A stretch of 64,000 bases of DNA, from positions 10,802-74,801 of the forward strand of contig PFEU01000006.1 in NCBI GenBank assembly GCA_002793515.1, in the 5' to 3' direction. This document shows, in pieces, positions 49,761-58,852 of this stretch. The translations under genes and the position numbers were made by a program. Below the pieces are notes generated by a model. That model had not been told where the DNA came from, ran no database searches, and was given only the letters and a program-made list of their open reading frames with translations. How positions within the stretch are numbered: position 1 is the stretch's first letter; each line of letters begins with the position of its first letter. This stretch comes from Candidatus Uhrbacteria bacterium CG10_big_fil_rev_8_21_14_0_10_48_16 (lineage in GTDB: Bacteria; Patescibacteriota; Patescibacteriia; UBA9934; GWF2-40-263).

Positions 49761-50267
49761 ATGAGTGATATTTTTATTGGTAGCGGTAAGCTTGCGGGAA
49801 AGGGTGTGTATGTCGGCCGGGATTTTAACGTTGGTGAGATTGTAAAATACTATGACCTCAAGCCTCTCACCCAATCCATGTTTGATCATTTGCCGGAAGA
49901 AGAGAAGATGTTTGTTCATTCATTCTGGGGAGAGATGTACCTTTTCCCAGAGCCCTCACGCTACACAAATCACTCAGCGACTCCCAACACTCGATCTGAT
50001 TTAGAAAAAATGTGCGACATCGCCATCAAGCCCATCAAGAGAGGTGAGATGATAACCACGAATGCCACACGTGAAATACAGAATGAACTTGAAACATTTG
50101 TTGAAGCTTATGAGAGCCCTAGAAAAGTAGCTCATTTTACATGGCTCACGGGTGGATATCGGAATGCCACGATACAGTACACATTACCAAACAGATCTCA
50201 AAAAACACTCCGCCTAAAAAGAGTCAGCGGCAATTGGCGGATTCTGAAAGGGCGTGTGCAAAACTGA
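49761..50267 (+). CDS. SET-domain protein
   Basis: GKGVYVGRDF..GE, RYTNHSATPN, AIKPIKRGEMIT. Confidence 0.85.
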   Translation: MSDIFIGSGKLAGKGVYVGRDFNVGEIVKYYDLKPLTQSMFDHLPEEEKMFVHSFWGEMYLFPEPSRYTNHSATPNTRSDLEKMCDIAIKPIKRGEMITTNATREIQNELETFVEAYESPRKVAHFTWLTGGYRNATIQYTLPNRSQKTLRLKRVSGNWRILKGRVQN

Positions 50268-50310
50268 GTCCTCCTGTCGTTCGTCTCAGTTTTGGTGATA
50301 GGGTAATATC

Positions 50311-50940
50311 TTACAAAACTTCAACTTTTCCATGCGTGAGTACATCATCTTCATTCACTTCAACGGCACATCCGTCGGGAATGGCATAGATGGGAGTTTC
50401 TTTTTTATGCGTAAGCAATTCCGGCCTTTCGGCTGAAGGATCGTAGTGCACATGGGTACTAAACGTCACAAACCCAAATGATGTCAGGTCGATGATTCCA
50501 ACCGCATTTCTATCCGCACTTTCACCACCCCATCCAGCCGATGCGATGGTCGGCGACGCTAGGATCGATCCTGCACTTGTCCCTCCGTATCTCACGCCTT
50601 TATTTCGGACAAGATCATCAACCACATCCAAAAACCCAGTCTTGCGTGCCGTGTCGAGTAAATAAAACGTGTTTCCGCCGTTAACCCAGATGACATCAGC
50701 TTCAATGAGTTCCCGAGCGATCTGATCTTTTGTTTTGTACTTGAGCGCGTACCAGATGGGATTGATTCCTAAAGTCGAAAAATCATCCATGGATTTGCAT
50801 GTGTAAAATTTTTCCTGCTCGACGTCGGAGGCCGTAGGGATGAAATAGAGCTTGGTTTGTTCTGGTGGCTTCTCAAGAAACTTTAAGAAGGAATCGCGGA
50901 GTTCTTCTGAGATGCAAGAGGATGTGAGGAAGAGTTTCAT
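50311..50940 (-). CDS. Peptidase E (family S51)
   Basis: FIPTAS, VNGGNTFYL, GTSAGS, HVHY. Confidence 0.9.
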   Translation of the reverse strand: MKLFLTSSCISEELRDSFLKFLEKPPEQTKLYFIPTASDVEQEKFYTCKSMDDFSTLGINPIWYALKYKTKDQIARELIEADVIWVNGGNTFYLLDTARKTGFLDVVDDLVRNKGVRYGGTSAGSILASPTIASAGWGGESADRNAVGIIDLTSFGFVTFSTHVHYDPSAERPELLTHKKETPIYAIPDGCAVEVNEDDVLTHGKVEVL

Positions 50941-51025
50941 AGGTTTACTCAATAGTTTCAAATTTGACTGCACGGTTTCGTCAACCTTTGTTAATCCAAG
51001 ACTGATCGTGTATGTGATTCAGCAC

Positions 51026-51883
51026 TCAGTTTTTTGGAAACAGAGTAAATATCTTTCGCTCCCACTTTCTGCTTCCATGAAAGATGATGGACCAGGCGTA
51101 CAACTCTGGATAGCGTCCCGCATCTTCCTCGAAGACGGAGCGCTCATGTTCTACAACATAATACTCCCTCCACCCATACATCTGTGCCAGGGCAGAATAT
51201 CCCTTTGGTGTGTAGTGCCAAGGGAATGGCAAGCGATGCAATCCGTATGCGGTCACCAGTCCAGCAAGCACCATACACACAAATGGAATGGCGTTTGTTT
51301 GTGCGTACCCAGCTACGTACCCGAGAGATCCGTAGAACATCGTAACTCCTGCTCCCCAGCTTAATCGTCTCCAAAACATGGTATTTGGATTTACGGTAAA
51401 CCACTCCTGTGTGTCTTTTGAAACTTCCTTCCAAAGCCGTAACCACTCTTTTACAAGACGGTCTCGCGCCGTTGCTTGACTAATCACCGTATCATTTTGA
51501 AAAAGGATATTTTTTAGATGCAACTCCCAATTTAAGAGATGCATCTCCTTTAGTGTAAAGAGGGGATAGCGACACTCAAACGCCGGTACGGTTTTGCCAA
51601 GCTCCTGCGTCTGAGTGAGAGAAATGATCTTCTTTGCCACCAATGCATACACCCCGGCGACAACGTGTCGTTCTTTGAAAGAACGATCTAACAACACTCC
51701 ACCGATCGTTGGCTTAATAGAGGAAGGTGTGTACTGCGTCACAACAGGTCCCACCCGTGAGAGTAACCGCTGTTTCAACCACGCTCGAATGACAAGAAAT
51801 CCCAGCCCATGAGCAAACAAAACTCCTACCGTGACCTGTGGTGAGAGGAGGGAAAAGAGAGCGGTAATTTCTGACTCAGACAT
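51026..51883 (-). CDS. DUF2207-like membrane protein
   Basis: V.QYTP..I.P...GVL.D, YTPKG, YAWSII; several TMs. Confidence 0.55.
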   Translation of the reverse strand: MSESEITALFSLLSPQVTVGVLFAHGLGFLVIRAWLKQRLLSRVGPVVTQYTPSSIKPTIGGVLLDRSFKERHVVAGVYALVAKKIISLTQTQELGKTVPAFECRYPLFTLKEMHLLNWELHLKNILFQNDTVISQATARDRLVKEWLRLWKEVSKDTQEWFTVNPNTMFWRRLSWGAGVTMFYGSLGYVAGYAQTNAIPFVCMVLAGLVTAYGLHRLPFPWHYTPKGYSALAQMYGWREYYVVEHERSVFEEDAGRYPELYAWSIIFHGSRKWERKIFTLFPKN

Positions 51884-51897
51884 AAGAAGGACTTAAC

Positions 51898-52281
51898 CTA
51901 CGGGCAATCTATACGCTCACCTTGCATTCCCTCAATAAGGCCACCAAAACCTTCAATCGTGTCCATTTTGAACTGGAAACGACTTCCATCCCCGTAGATG
52001 AATTGATCATTCTCAATACGACCGATGGTTGTTTCAGGCTCAAATCCCGATTCGATAAGGGTAATCGTATCGTGGAAGATTGTCTGTCCATCAAGATTTG
52101 AAGATGGAAATCCATCAGGAATAATTTGAACAACGACGGAGGAATCACCCTCCATGGCATAGCACCATTCTTCTGGAGGAAGGGCTCCGTCTGCAGGAAT
52201 ATCTGAAGACGTTGGCATACACCCTGCACCTAAGAAGATCATAAGAGCGAAGACGGAGGAGAAACGAGTCGCATAGAACAT
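51898..52281 (-). CDS. Putative lipoprotein
   Basis: Signal peptide ending FLGAG|C. Confidence 0.65.
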   Translation of the reverse strand: MFYATRFSSVFALMIFLGAGCMPTSSDIPADGALPPEEWCYAMEGDSSVVVQIIPDGFPSSNLDGQTIFHDTITLIESGFEPETTIGRIENDQFIYGDGSRFQFKMDTIEGFGGLIEGMQGERIDCP

Positions 52282-52439
52282 ATATTTTATCTAAAACAAG
52301 GATTGGTTTTTAAGCACAGCGATATCCTTTGGGGTCATACGATGACCATAGCTATACAAACGTTTGTGCTAACGTTGCGAGATCACCATCCTGCTTACAC
52401 AGAGACGTTAAACAGCGCAATGATTGATTCAAACATTGG

Positions 52440-53006
52440 TCAGGCCTGCTCAAATGTTACGACCGTTTCTGTATGCAATACACTTATATTGTAAACGGAC
52501 CCGTATTTTTCAAAGACAAGATTAAAATAGATATGATTTCCGCGCTCTCGGAGCTCCCAGTAAGCCATTCTATCCAAGACGGTCGCTGTTCCTGAGTCGA
52601 CGCTCTCACCATAACCATACAAGTAATATGCACAATCCGTCTGGTCACATGAAAACGCCTGTCCAGGTTCCAACTTGCTCACAACGATTGTCATTGGACC
52701 GATACTGACATCTTGTTCTCCTCGGACTTCTTGTGGGTCTGTTTTTCCTGGATAGCCATTGAGTTCCCAGCCTTGAGGATAGTAAAAAGAGTAGGCAAGG
52801 TTATAAAAACTATTCCAAGAACTAACAAAGGGAGCGATATGGTCATCAACAACAAACGTCGTTCCGTCTTCTCTTTCAAAAAATGTTTCACTGTCCTCAG
52901 CAATCTCACCTTCATTAACAGGAAAATCGTTTAACGTAAAAAAGAGAGATGATAGGGAAGTTAGAAGCGCAAGAATGGCGATGCTCAGTACGAAAGAATA
53001 TTTCAT
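52440..53006 (-). CDS. Exported PsbP-like hypothetical protein, possibly C-terminally truncated
   Basis: N-terminal TM; YSFYYPQGW motif. Confidence 0.55.
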   Translation of the reverse strand: MKYSFVLSIAILALLTSLSSLFFTLNDFPVNEGEIAEDSETFFEREDGTTFVVDDHIAPFVSSWNSFYNLAYSFYYPQGWELNGYPGKTDPQEVRGEQDVSIGPMTIVVSKLEPGQAFSCDQTDCAYYLYGYGESVDSGTATVLDRMAYWELRERGNHIYFNLVFEKYGSVYNISVLHTETVVTFEQA

Positions 53007-53045
53007 ATATCAAGACTATAAAACAAAACTCGAACCTTTAGTAGT

Positions 53046-53495
53046 TCAAGTCTTAGCGAATCTTCCCATCAGTTCTGCTGTATCGACGATATGGCCCGCA
53101 AGCGCTTTTAAGACATCTTGTTTGGTAGCACCCTCTTTGAGATTGAGTAGGGTGTTGAGGGCGTAGACTTTGAAGAAGTATCGATGTTCTCGATCTGGTG
53201 GGCGCGGTCCTCCGTATTGAAGTTCACCTCTTGTGCCAGAGCCACAAATTCCTGCAGGCGACCATGCTTCGCAAATTTCTGTGATATCGGGTGGAATATT
53301 GAAAACGACCCAATGATCCCACACGGGTACTCCAGCTGATTCAGGAACATCAGGATCTTCCATAATGAGCACAAGAGATTTGGTTCCTTCTGGAATCTCT
53401 TCAAAACAAAGTGGTGGATTACAGTTTTCAAAATCCCGCCCATACTTTTTAGGAATCTGCTCACCATGCTCGAATACCGGACTAGAAATTTTCAT
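53046..53495 (-). CDS. YbhB/YbcL (PEBP/RKIP-like) protein
   Basis: SLVLIMEDPD.P, WDHWVVFNIP, YGGP.PP...HRYFF..YAL. Confidence 0.92.
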   Translation of the reverse strand: MKISSPVFEHGEQIPKKYGRDFENCNPPLCFEEIPEGTKSLVLIMEDPDVPESAGVPVWDHWVVFNIPPDITEICEAWSPAGICGSGTRGELQYGGPRPPDREHRYFFKVYALNTLLNLKEGATKQDVLKALAGHIVDTAELMGRFAKT

Positions 53496-53556
53496 ACATG
53501 AGTATCAATTTTGAGGAATCTAGGTTCATTTACAGATTTCTCTTAAATCATCATAA

Positions 53557-53663
53557 CAAAAACAGACCGCGCATGCGATCTGTTTTTGTGGCTCCGATTG
53601 CTGGACTGGTTCAGAACCGCAAAATGGTCAGGGCTGAAGCCGTTGTTGGTTCAGTTTGTTTGA
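53557..53663 (+). mobile_element. Putative att-site/recombinase C-terminal remnant behind a terminator
   Basis: Hairpin followed by TGGCTC..GG..TTCAGAACC, resembling the tRNA-Asn 3' end complement; reads WLRLLDWFRTAKW... Confidence 0.45.
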
Positions 53664-53665
53664 GA

Positions 53666-54448
53666 CTACAAGCGATCATTTGTCATAATCAGTTTCGCAT
53701 CGCTTACCAAGTCCCCAAAAGCTTGACCTGACCGCATGTCGTTATCATCACAATCCTCAAGTCGAATCGTAAGAGCCTCATTAAGACCTTTGATGACAGC
53801 ATAATTTACCAGACAAGAGCCATCATATTCTGGTGTGAAGTAGTAAATAAGGCTCTCTGATCCTGCGTTTGTTGGTGTTGGCTGTTTTGTTGGCCAAACA
53901 CGGTCACCGCCGTAGTATATGTCGTTGATGAACATGTCCATAGAGTAGCCAGGAGAGTCAATCCATCCCGTAGCAACGCTAATCGTTCCACCACCTGAAA
54001 TGACAAAACTTGGTGCATTGTCTGATGAGAGAAGCTCTGATGTTTCCGTAAGGCGAATCAATCCCGTGTTCCATGAAAGAGTATAATCAAAGTCTCCATG
54101 TTCACTATGAAAAGTTTCTGATCGAACCTCTGGAAGAGATGTACACGAACCTTTATCGCAGTAATTTTCCATGCCACACTCACTGTCTGCGGTACATTCC
54201 GTAAGACCAACACATTGTCCGTCATCACAAACAAAATCACCGCTGCACGGGATTATGTCACTACATTCGACATCATCATCCTCAAGTGTGGCTACAGTTG
54301 AAGACACCTGATCATTCATTTGTTCTATTGGCCTGACCAAAGCAAAAACACTCAAAACAACAGCTATGAGTGATAGGAGTATTGATGTCACAAATAGCGG
54401 CATCAAATACTTTGGTAGAGTGAAGCTCTGTGGAGTTTGATTTTCCAT
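53666..54448 (-). CDS. Membrane-anchored protein with Cys-rich repeats
   Basis: TM followed by CSDIIPCSGDFVCDDGQC and CTADSECGMENYCDKGSC. Confidence 0.75.
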   Translation of the reverse strand: MENQTPQSFTLPKYLMPLFVTSILLSLIAVVLSVFALVRPIEQMNDQVSSTVATLEDDDVECSDIIPCSGDFVCDDGQCVGLTECTADSECGMENYCDKGSCTSLPEVRSETFHSEHGDFDYTLSWNTGLIRLTETSELLSSDNAPSFVISGGGTISVATGWIDSPGYSMDMFINDIYYGGDRVWPTKQPTPTNAGSESLIYYFTPEYDGSCLVNYAVIKGLNEALTIRLEDCDDNDMRSGQAFGDLVSDAKLIMTNDRL

Positions 54449-54548
54449 AAATACAATTCAAGTTGATTTGGAATCATTATACCAGGTTTGGATTCCGAAG
54501 TCCCACTTGGGTCAAACAAAAAACCTCAGTAAAACTGAGATTTTTTGT

Positions 54549-54623
54549 TGGCTCGGGGGGAGGGATTCGAACCCTCGACCCATTGGTTAACAGCCAATTG
54601 CTCTGCCGCTGAGCTACCCCCGA
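54549..54623 (-). tRNA. tRNA-Asn(GTT)
   Basis: TCGGGGGTAGCTCAGCGGCAGAGCAATTGGCTGTTAACCAATGGGTCGAGGGTTCGAATCCCTCCCCCCGAGCCA; cloverleaf with encoded CCA; terminator at 54518-54547. Confidence 0.97.
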
Positions 54624-54712
54624 ATATTCAATTCATCTAAAAGAACGAGACGAGTATAGCAAGGGATAGGGATGGATGCAAGATCTTGCAGGAGAAGTGA
54701 TATACTTTCTAT

Positions 54713-55822
54713 ATGTTTGGAATAGTTGAAAAATTTCTTCGGTTTAGAGCTCTTAAGAAGTTCTATGTGCGTTACGAGCGTCTGCTTGTTCCAGGAATGC
54801 TCCTGGTGGGTGTTTTGGTGGACGTGATCACGTTTCGGACGGTGTCTGTGAGCACGGCTCTTATTCTGCTCATGGTCTATGCGGTTATTGCTGGAATAAT
54901 GATTCTAGTGATGCATTGGCACGATGCGCGTAAGACGTTGATTGAGAGACCGACCGGTAGGGGATATGTTCGATTAATTGCCCCGCTCGTTGTTCAGTTT
55001 ACGTTCGGGGCGTGTTTGAGTGGTTCTTTAGTTTTTTATTGGTTCTCTGGAGCGTTTACCGTTTCGTGGCCATTCATTCTCGTTCTCGTGTTTTTGATGG
55101 GGGCCAATGATGTTTTTCGAGAATACTATCTCAAGCCCATTGTTCAGTTGAGTGTGTACTATTTTATTCTGTTTTCTGTCCTGTCAGTTTCTTTTCCGTT
55201 CCTTTTCAACTCCTTAAGTTCCTGGATCTTTGTCTTCTCTGGAGGTGTAAGTTTAGTGATTGGAGTGTTGTATGTGCAAGGACTATTCCGTGTAAGACCT
55301 GACCTTCGGCATATACGTCCTCGCCCGATCTTTTCCATGCTGATTATTTTTGGGGTGATGAATGCGTTGTACTTTGGTAATGTCATTCCTCCCATTCCAC
55401 TCTCATTAATAGATGCTGGAGTCTATCATTCTGTTGAGCACGTAGGTTCAGATTATGTGGTCTACGGGGAAGAGGAATCATTCATCGATCAACTGATTCC
55501 TGGTCAGACCATTCATGCTTCGTCCGGACGAAGACTCTATGTGTACGCATCTATCTTTGCTCCAGTTGACTTGAACACAACTATTGTTCATCACTGGCAA
55601 CGGTATGAAGAAGGGGAGGGATGGGTGAGTGTGAATCGATTATCCTATTCAATCAGTGGAGGGCGTTCTGGAGGATATCGAGGGTACTCCTATCTCACCA
55701 ATTATCAGTCGGGGACTTGGAGGGTGGATGTTGAGACACTGCGCGGGCAAGTGATTGGACGCTTGAAATTTGAAATTGAGGATGTTGAAAATCTGCCTGA
55801 GTTAATTAAACAGATAAAATAA
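54713..55822 (+). CDS. DUF2914-domain membrane protein
   Basis: Multi-TM N-terminus, IPPIPLSL, SIFAP..L...I.H.W, GGR..GYRGYS, G.WRVDVET..GQ.IGR. Confidence 0.85.
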   Translation: MFGIVEKFLRFRALKKFYVRYERLLVPGMLLVGVLVDVITFRTVSVSTALILLMVYAVIAGIMILVMHWHDARKTLIERPTGRGYVRLIAPLVVQFTFGACLSGSLVFYWFSGAFTVSWPFILVLVFLMGANDVFREYYLKPIVQLSVYYFILFSVLSVSFPFLFNSLSSWIFVFSGGVSLVIGVLYVQGLFRVRPDLRHIRPRPIFSMLIIFGVMNALYFGNVIPPIPLSLIDAGVYHSVEHVGSDYVVYGEEESFIDQLIPGQTIHASSGRRLYVYASIFAPVDLNTTIVHHWQRYEEGEGWVSVNRLSYSISGGRSGGYRGYSYLTNYQSGTWRVDVETLRGQVIGRLKFEIEDVENLPELIKQIK

Positions 55823-55840
55823 AAGACTCCTCAGGAGGAG

Positions 55841-56530
55841 TCAGCGGTCGAGAGGGCTCGACGAGGGGCGGGTACACACGTAGTAGATGTAGCCGTTTTC
55901 GATGTGCGTGTAGAGGGAGGCTGAGGCGAGGAAGAGCGTCACGGTCCCGATCATGCTGATGATCGTGGGGGTGAACTCCATGGTAAGGAACGGATTGGTT
56001 CCGTTGTACAACGGCCGAGTTCCGAAAACGAGGGCGACGATGAACACCACTTCCGCGTAGACCTTGCGCTTCCCCCAGAGGTTCGCTCCACCGGGATCAA
56101 GCTTCAGGAAACGCTTGACCGGACGCACGAGCGTGAGGAGAACTGCCAGACCGGTCATGAGAACGGCGACCCCTTCGTCGACGTATTCAAGACCAATCGT
56201 CCAGAGCAGACCAATGAAACGGATCTTGTCGATGAAGGGGTCCAGTGCCCGACCCAAGTGGGTGACTCCACGGTAGTTCAGCTGTTCGATGAAGGTGAGG
56301 AGCGCTTCATCCTCTCGCGACATGAGAGAGCGGTCTCCCTGGTGGAACCGCGCGACACAGCCGTCCCACCAGTCGGTGAGAAAGCTGATGATCAGGCACG
56401 CTACGGCGAGCCAGTCCTGATCGATACAGAAGAGCAGGATGCCGATGAGGGCCATGAGCCCACCGAAGAGCGTGATCGTGTTTGCGCTCGTAAATCCGAG
56501 CGACTTTCCAATCCAGGTTGAGATGTCCAT
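55841..56530 (-). CDS. GC-rich CDP-alcohol phosphatidyltransferase-like protein
   Basis: ANTIT, TDWWDGCVAR...(insertion)...T.LG..LDP..DK, GANLWGK.K; G/C-ending codons; AAGGA SD. Confidence 0.8.
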   Translation of the reverse strand: MDISTWIGKSLGFTSANTITLFGGLMALIGILLFCIDQDWLAVACLIISFLTDWWDGCVARFHQGDRSLMSREDEALLTFIEQLNYRGVTHLGRALDPFIDKIRFIGLLWTIGLEYVDEGVAVLMTGLAVLLTLVRPVKRFLKLDPGGANLWGKRKVYAEVVFIVALVFGTRPLYNGTNPFLTMEFTPTIISMIGTVTLFLASASLYTHIENGYIYYVCTRPSSSPLDR

Positions 56531-56638
56531 GGGCGACTTCCTTTGTGTGCTCGACTTATGTATCACGAACATCCGTAAATGAAAAGTGAATAATCTGAAG
56601 AAGCTATTCTGTAAAAAGTTTGGTAAAATGATTTAGCT

Positions 56639-57028
56639 ATGCAAAAAACGGACGATCAATGGAAAAGGGAGCTGACTCCTGAACAATATCGCGTCCTGCG
56701 TGAGAAGGGGACGGAGGTTCCATTTTCAGGAACGTATAACCTCCTCAATGATGATGGGATGTATCATTGTGCTGGCTGTGGCGCTGTCCTATTTTCCTCG
56801 GAGGGTAAATTCGATGCAGGGTGTGGCTGGCCAAGTTTTGATCGTGTGGTGAACTCTGACTCGGTAAAACTCATCGAAGACCGATCACAAGGCATGGTGC
56901 GTACAGAGGTTGTTTGTGCTTCTTGTGGGGGGCATCTCGGTCATTTGTTTGATGACGGTCCCACTCAGACAGGGAAGCGGTTTTGTATCAATTCGACGGC
57001 ACTGGAGTTTAACAAAACGGAGCTATGA
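56639..57028 (+). CDS. msrB: Peptide methionine (R)-sulfoxide reductase
   Basis: GTE.PF, CAGC, GCGWPSF, RTEV.C..C.GHLGH.F.DGP, RFCINS. Confidence 0.97.
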   Translation: MQKTDDQWKRELTPEQYRVLREKGTEVPFSGTYNLLNDDGMYHCAGCGAVLFSSEGKFDAGCGWPSFDRVVNSDSVKLIEDRSQGMVRTEVVCASCGGHLGHLFDDGPTQTGKRFCINSTALEFNKTEL

Positions 57029-58014
57029 TCGGACCAGTTCTCATTATCTTCATTGCCTTTTTTGGATTTTGCTTAGCCGTCTATTTGTTTCACAAAAAAC
57101 GACGAAAGCAGGAGCATTTCATCTGTCCATTTCGTGGAAATTGTACAGATGTTATTCAAAGCGATTATTCAAAATTTTTAGGAGTCCCCGTTGAGATTCT
57201 TGGTCTACTGTATTACGCCTTGATTGCCGTTGGGTATGGGTTTGTGATTGCTGATTCCGTATTCGAGTGGTTTGACGTGTTTCTCCTGATCGCCTCCGCC
57301 TTCGCCTTTCTGTTCTCTCTCTATCTCACCTCCATTCAGGTGTTTGCTTTGAAGAAATTTTGTACGTGGTGTTTATTGTCTGCCTCTTTTTGCTTGGCGA
57401 TCTTTGCTATTTCATTAGGAGGTTCGCTTGACGTCGTGATTCCTTTTTTTATTCACTATCGAGCAATCATAGGAGCGGTGCATCTTCTCACTATTGGTAT
57501 TGGAACGGGGATTGTGACAACGACAACCGTTTTCTTTTATCAATTCCTTCGAGATGGTCGTCTGTCTGCAGAGGAATCAAAGGTGCTCTCAACCCTTTTC
57601 GAGCTCGGCTGGGTTTCCTTAGGGCTTTTACTCACACTCGTGGGGGCGCTGTATGTATCGGGAGCAGACTGGTTCATTCATTCATCTGTTTTCCTCCTAG
57701 AAATTGTTGCAACCCTTGGAATGATTCTTGGAACAGGCTATCTCACACTTCAGGTCATGCCACAACTTGAACGGATCTCTTCTGGGGAAGAGCATGTCCA
57801 TGAATCCGGTGAACTTTTGCTGGCACGTAAACGTGTTTTTATGCTTGGTCCGGTGAGTCTTGTCTCCTGGTATGCGGTCTTTCTTCTCAGTATTCTTCCA
57901 AATAAAGCATTCATCACGACGACGTATCTCCTTATCGGATATCTTCTTCTCTTACTTTTGGCTATGGCATGTGGAATGGTCATGTACAGAAGAATCCTCT
58001 TAACCTCACATTGA
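57025..58014 (+). CDS. VKOR-family protein with extra C-terminal membrane domain
   Basis: C....C..V..S.YS..LG.PV, CTWC; overlaps msrB via ATGA. Confidence 0.85.
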   Translation: MIGPVLIIFIAFFGFCLAVYLFHKKRRKQEHFICPFRGNCTDVIQSDYSKFLGVPVEILGLLYYALIAVGYGFVIADSVFEWFDVFLLIASAFAFLFSLYLTSIQVFALKKFCTWCLLSASFCLAIFAISLGGSLDVVIPFFIHYRAIIGAVHLLTIGIGTGIVTTTTVFFYQFLRDGRLSAEESKVLSTLFELGWVSLGLLLTLVGALYVSGADWFIHSSVFLLEIVATLGMILGTGYLTLQVMPQLERISSGEEHVHESGELLLARKRVFMLGPVSLVSWYAVFLLSILPNKAFITTTYLLIGYLLLLLLAMACGMVMYRRILLTSH

Positions 58015-58021
58015 TCTTTGT

Positions 58022-58798
58022 ATGCCTGATGCGATTTCGCTTTTATTCCCTGCGTTTATTGCAGGAATCCTCACATTCTTAGCGCCCTGTACGCTTCCTC
58101 TCGTTCCTGCATACCTTGGGTTTATTAGTGGGGCCTCTGCAAAAGATTTAGAGGATCCACATGTTCGACCACAGATCAGAAAAAAGGTTCTCATGAACGG
58201 AATCTTTTATGTTCTTGGGTTTAGTGTGATCTTTATTGGACTCGGAGTGCTTTTTGGACTCGGAGGGTCCGCATTGGCACAGTATCAGGATGTTCTTGAG
58301 AGAATCGGAGGAGTGTTTATCCTTTTCTTTGGTCTTTACCTTGTTGGAATTTTGGAGCGAATCCCGGTTCTTCAAAAAATTCTCTCATCAGAACATCGAT
58401 TTAAACTCCCGAGCTCATTAAAACCAGGGACTCCTTCTAGTTCATTTATTTTTGGAGCGACATTTGCGTTTGGATGGACCCCCTGTGTTGGTCCTATTCT
58501 TGGTTCGATTCTTTTTCTTGCGTCTTCAACTGCGACGGTCTGGCAAGGAGCCCTTCTTCTTTCGGTGTTCTCATTGGGGTTGGCGATTCCATTTCTTCTT
58601 ATCGCACTAGGGATTGGTCATGCCACACAAACGATTAAAAAGCTGACACGCATTCTCCCATATGTTTCGATCGTCGGAGGAGTCATGTTGATTGCGTTGG
58701 GTATTCTTCTTGTGACAGACTCGCTTTCCATTTGGCTTTCCTGGAGCTACCAATTGTTTGAAGTCTTCCAATATGAGCGTCTTTTGGACTATCTCTAG
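58022..58798 (+). CDS. ccdA: CcdA/DsbD transmembrane electron transporter
   Basis: AGILTFLAPCTLPLVPAYL; GWTPCVGPILGSIL. Confidence 0.9.
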   Translation: MPDAISLLFPAFIAGILTFLAPCTLPLVPAYLGFISGASAKDLEDPHVRPQIRKKVLMNGIFYVLGFSVIFIGLGVLFGLGGSALAQYQDVLERIGGVFILFFGLYLVGILERIPVLQKILSSEHRFKLPSSLKPGTPSSSFIFGATFAFGWTPCVGPILGSILFLASSTATVWQGALLLSVFSLGLAIPFLLIALGIGHATQTIKKLTRILPYVSIVGGVMLIALGILLVTDSLSIWLSWSYQLFEVFQYERLLDYL

Positions 58799-58852
58799 TC
58801 TTCCACAGGACGCTCGATTGTCATATATGACTATGTTATACTGGCGATCGCT

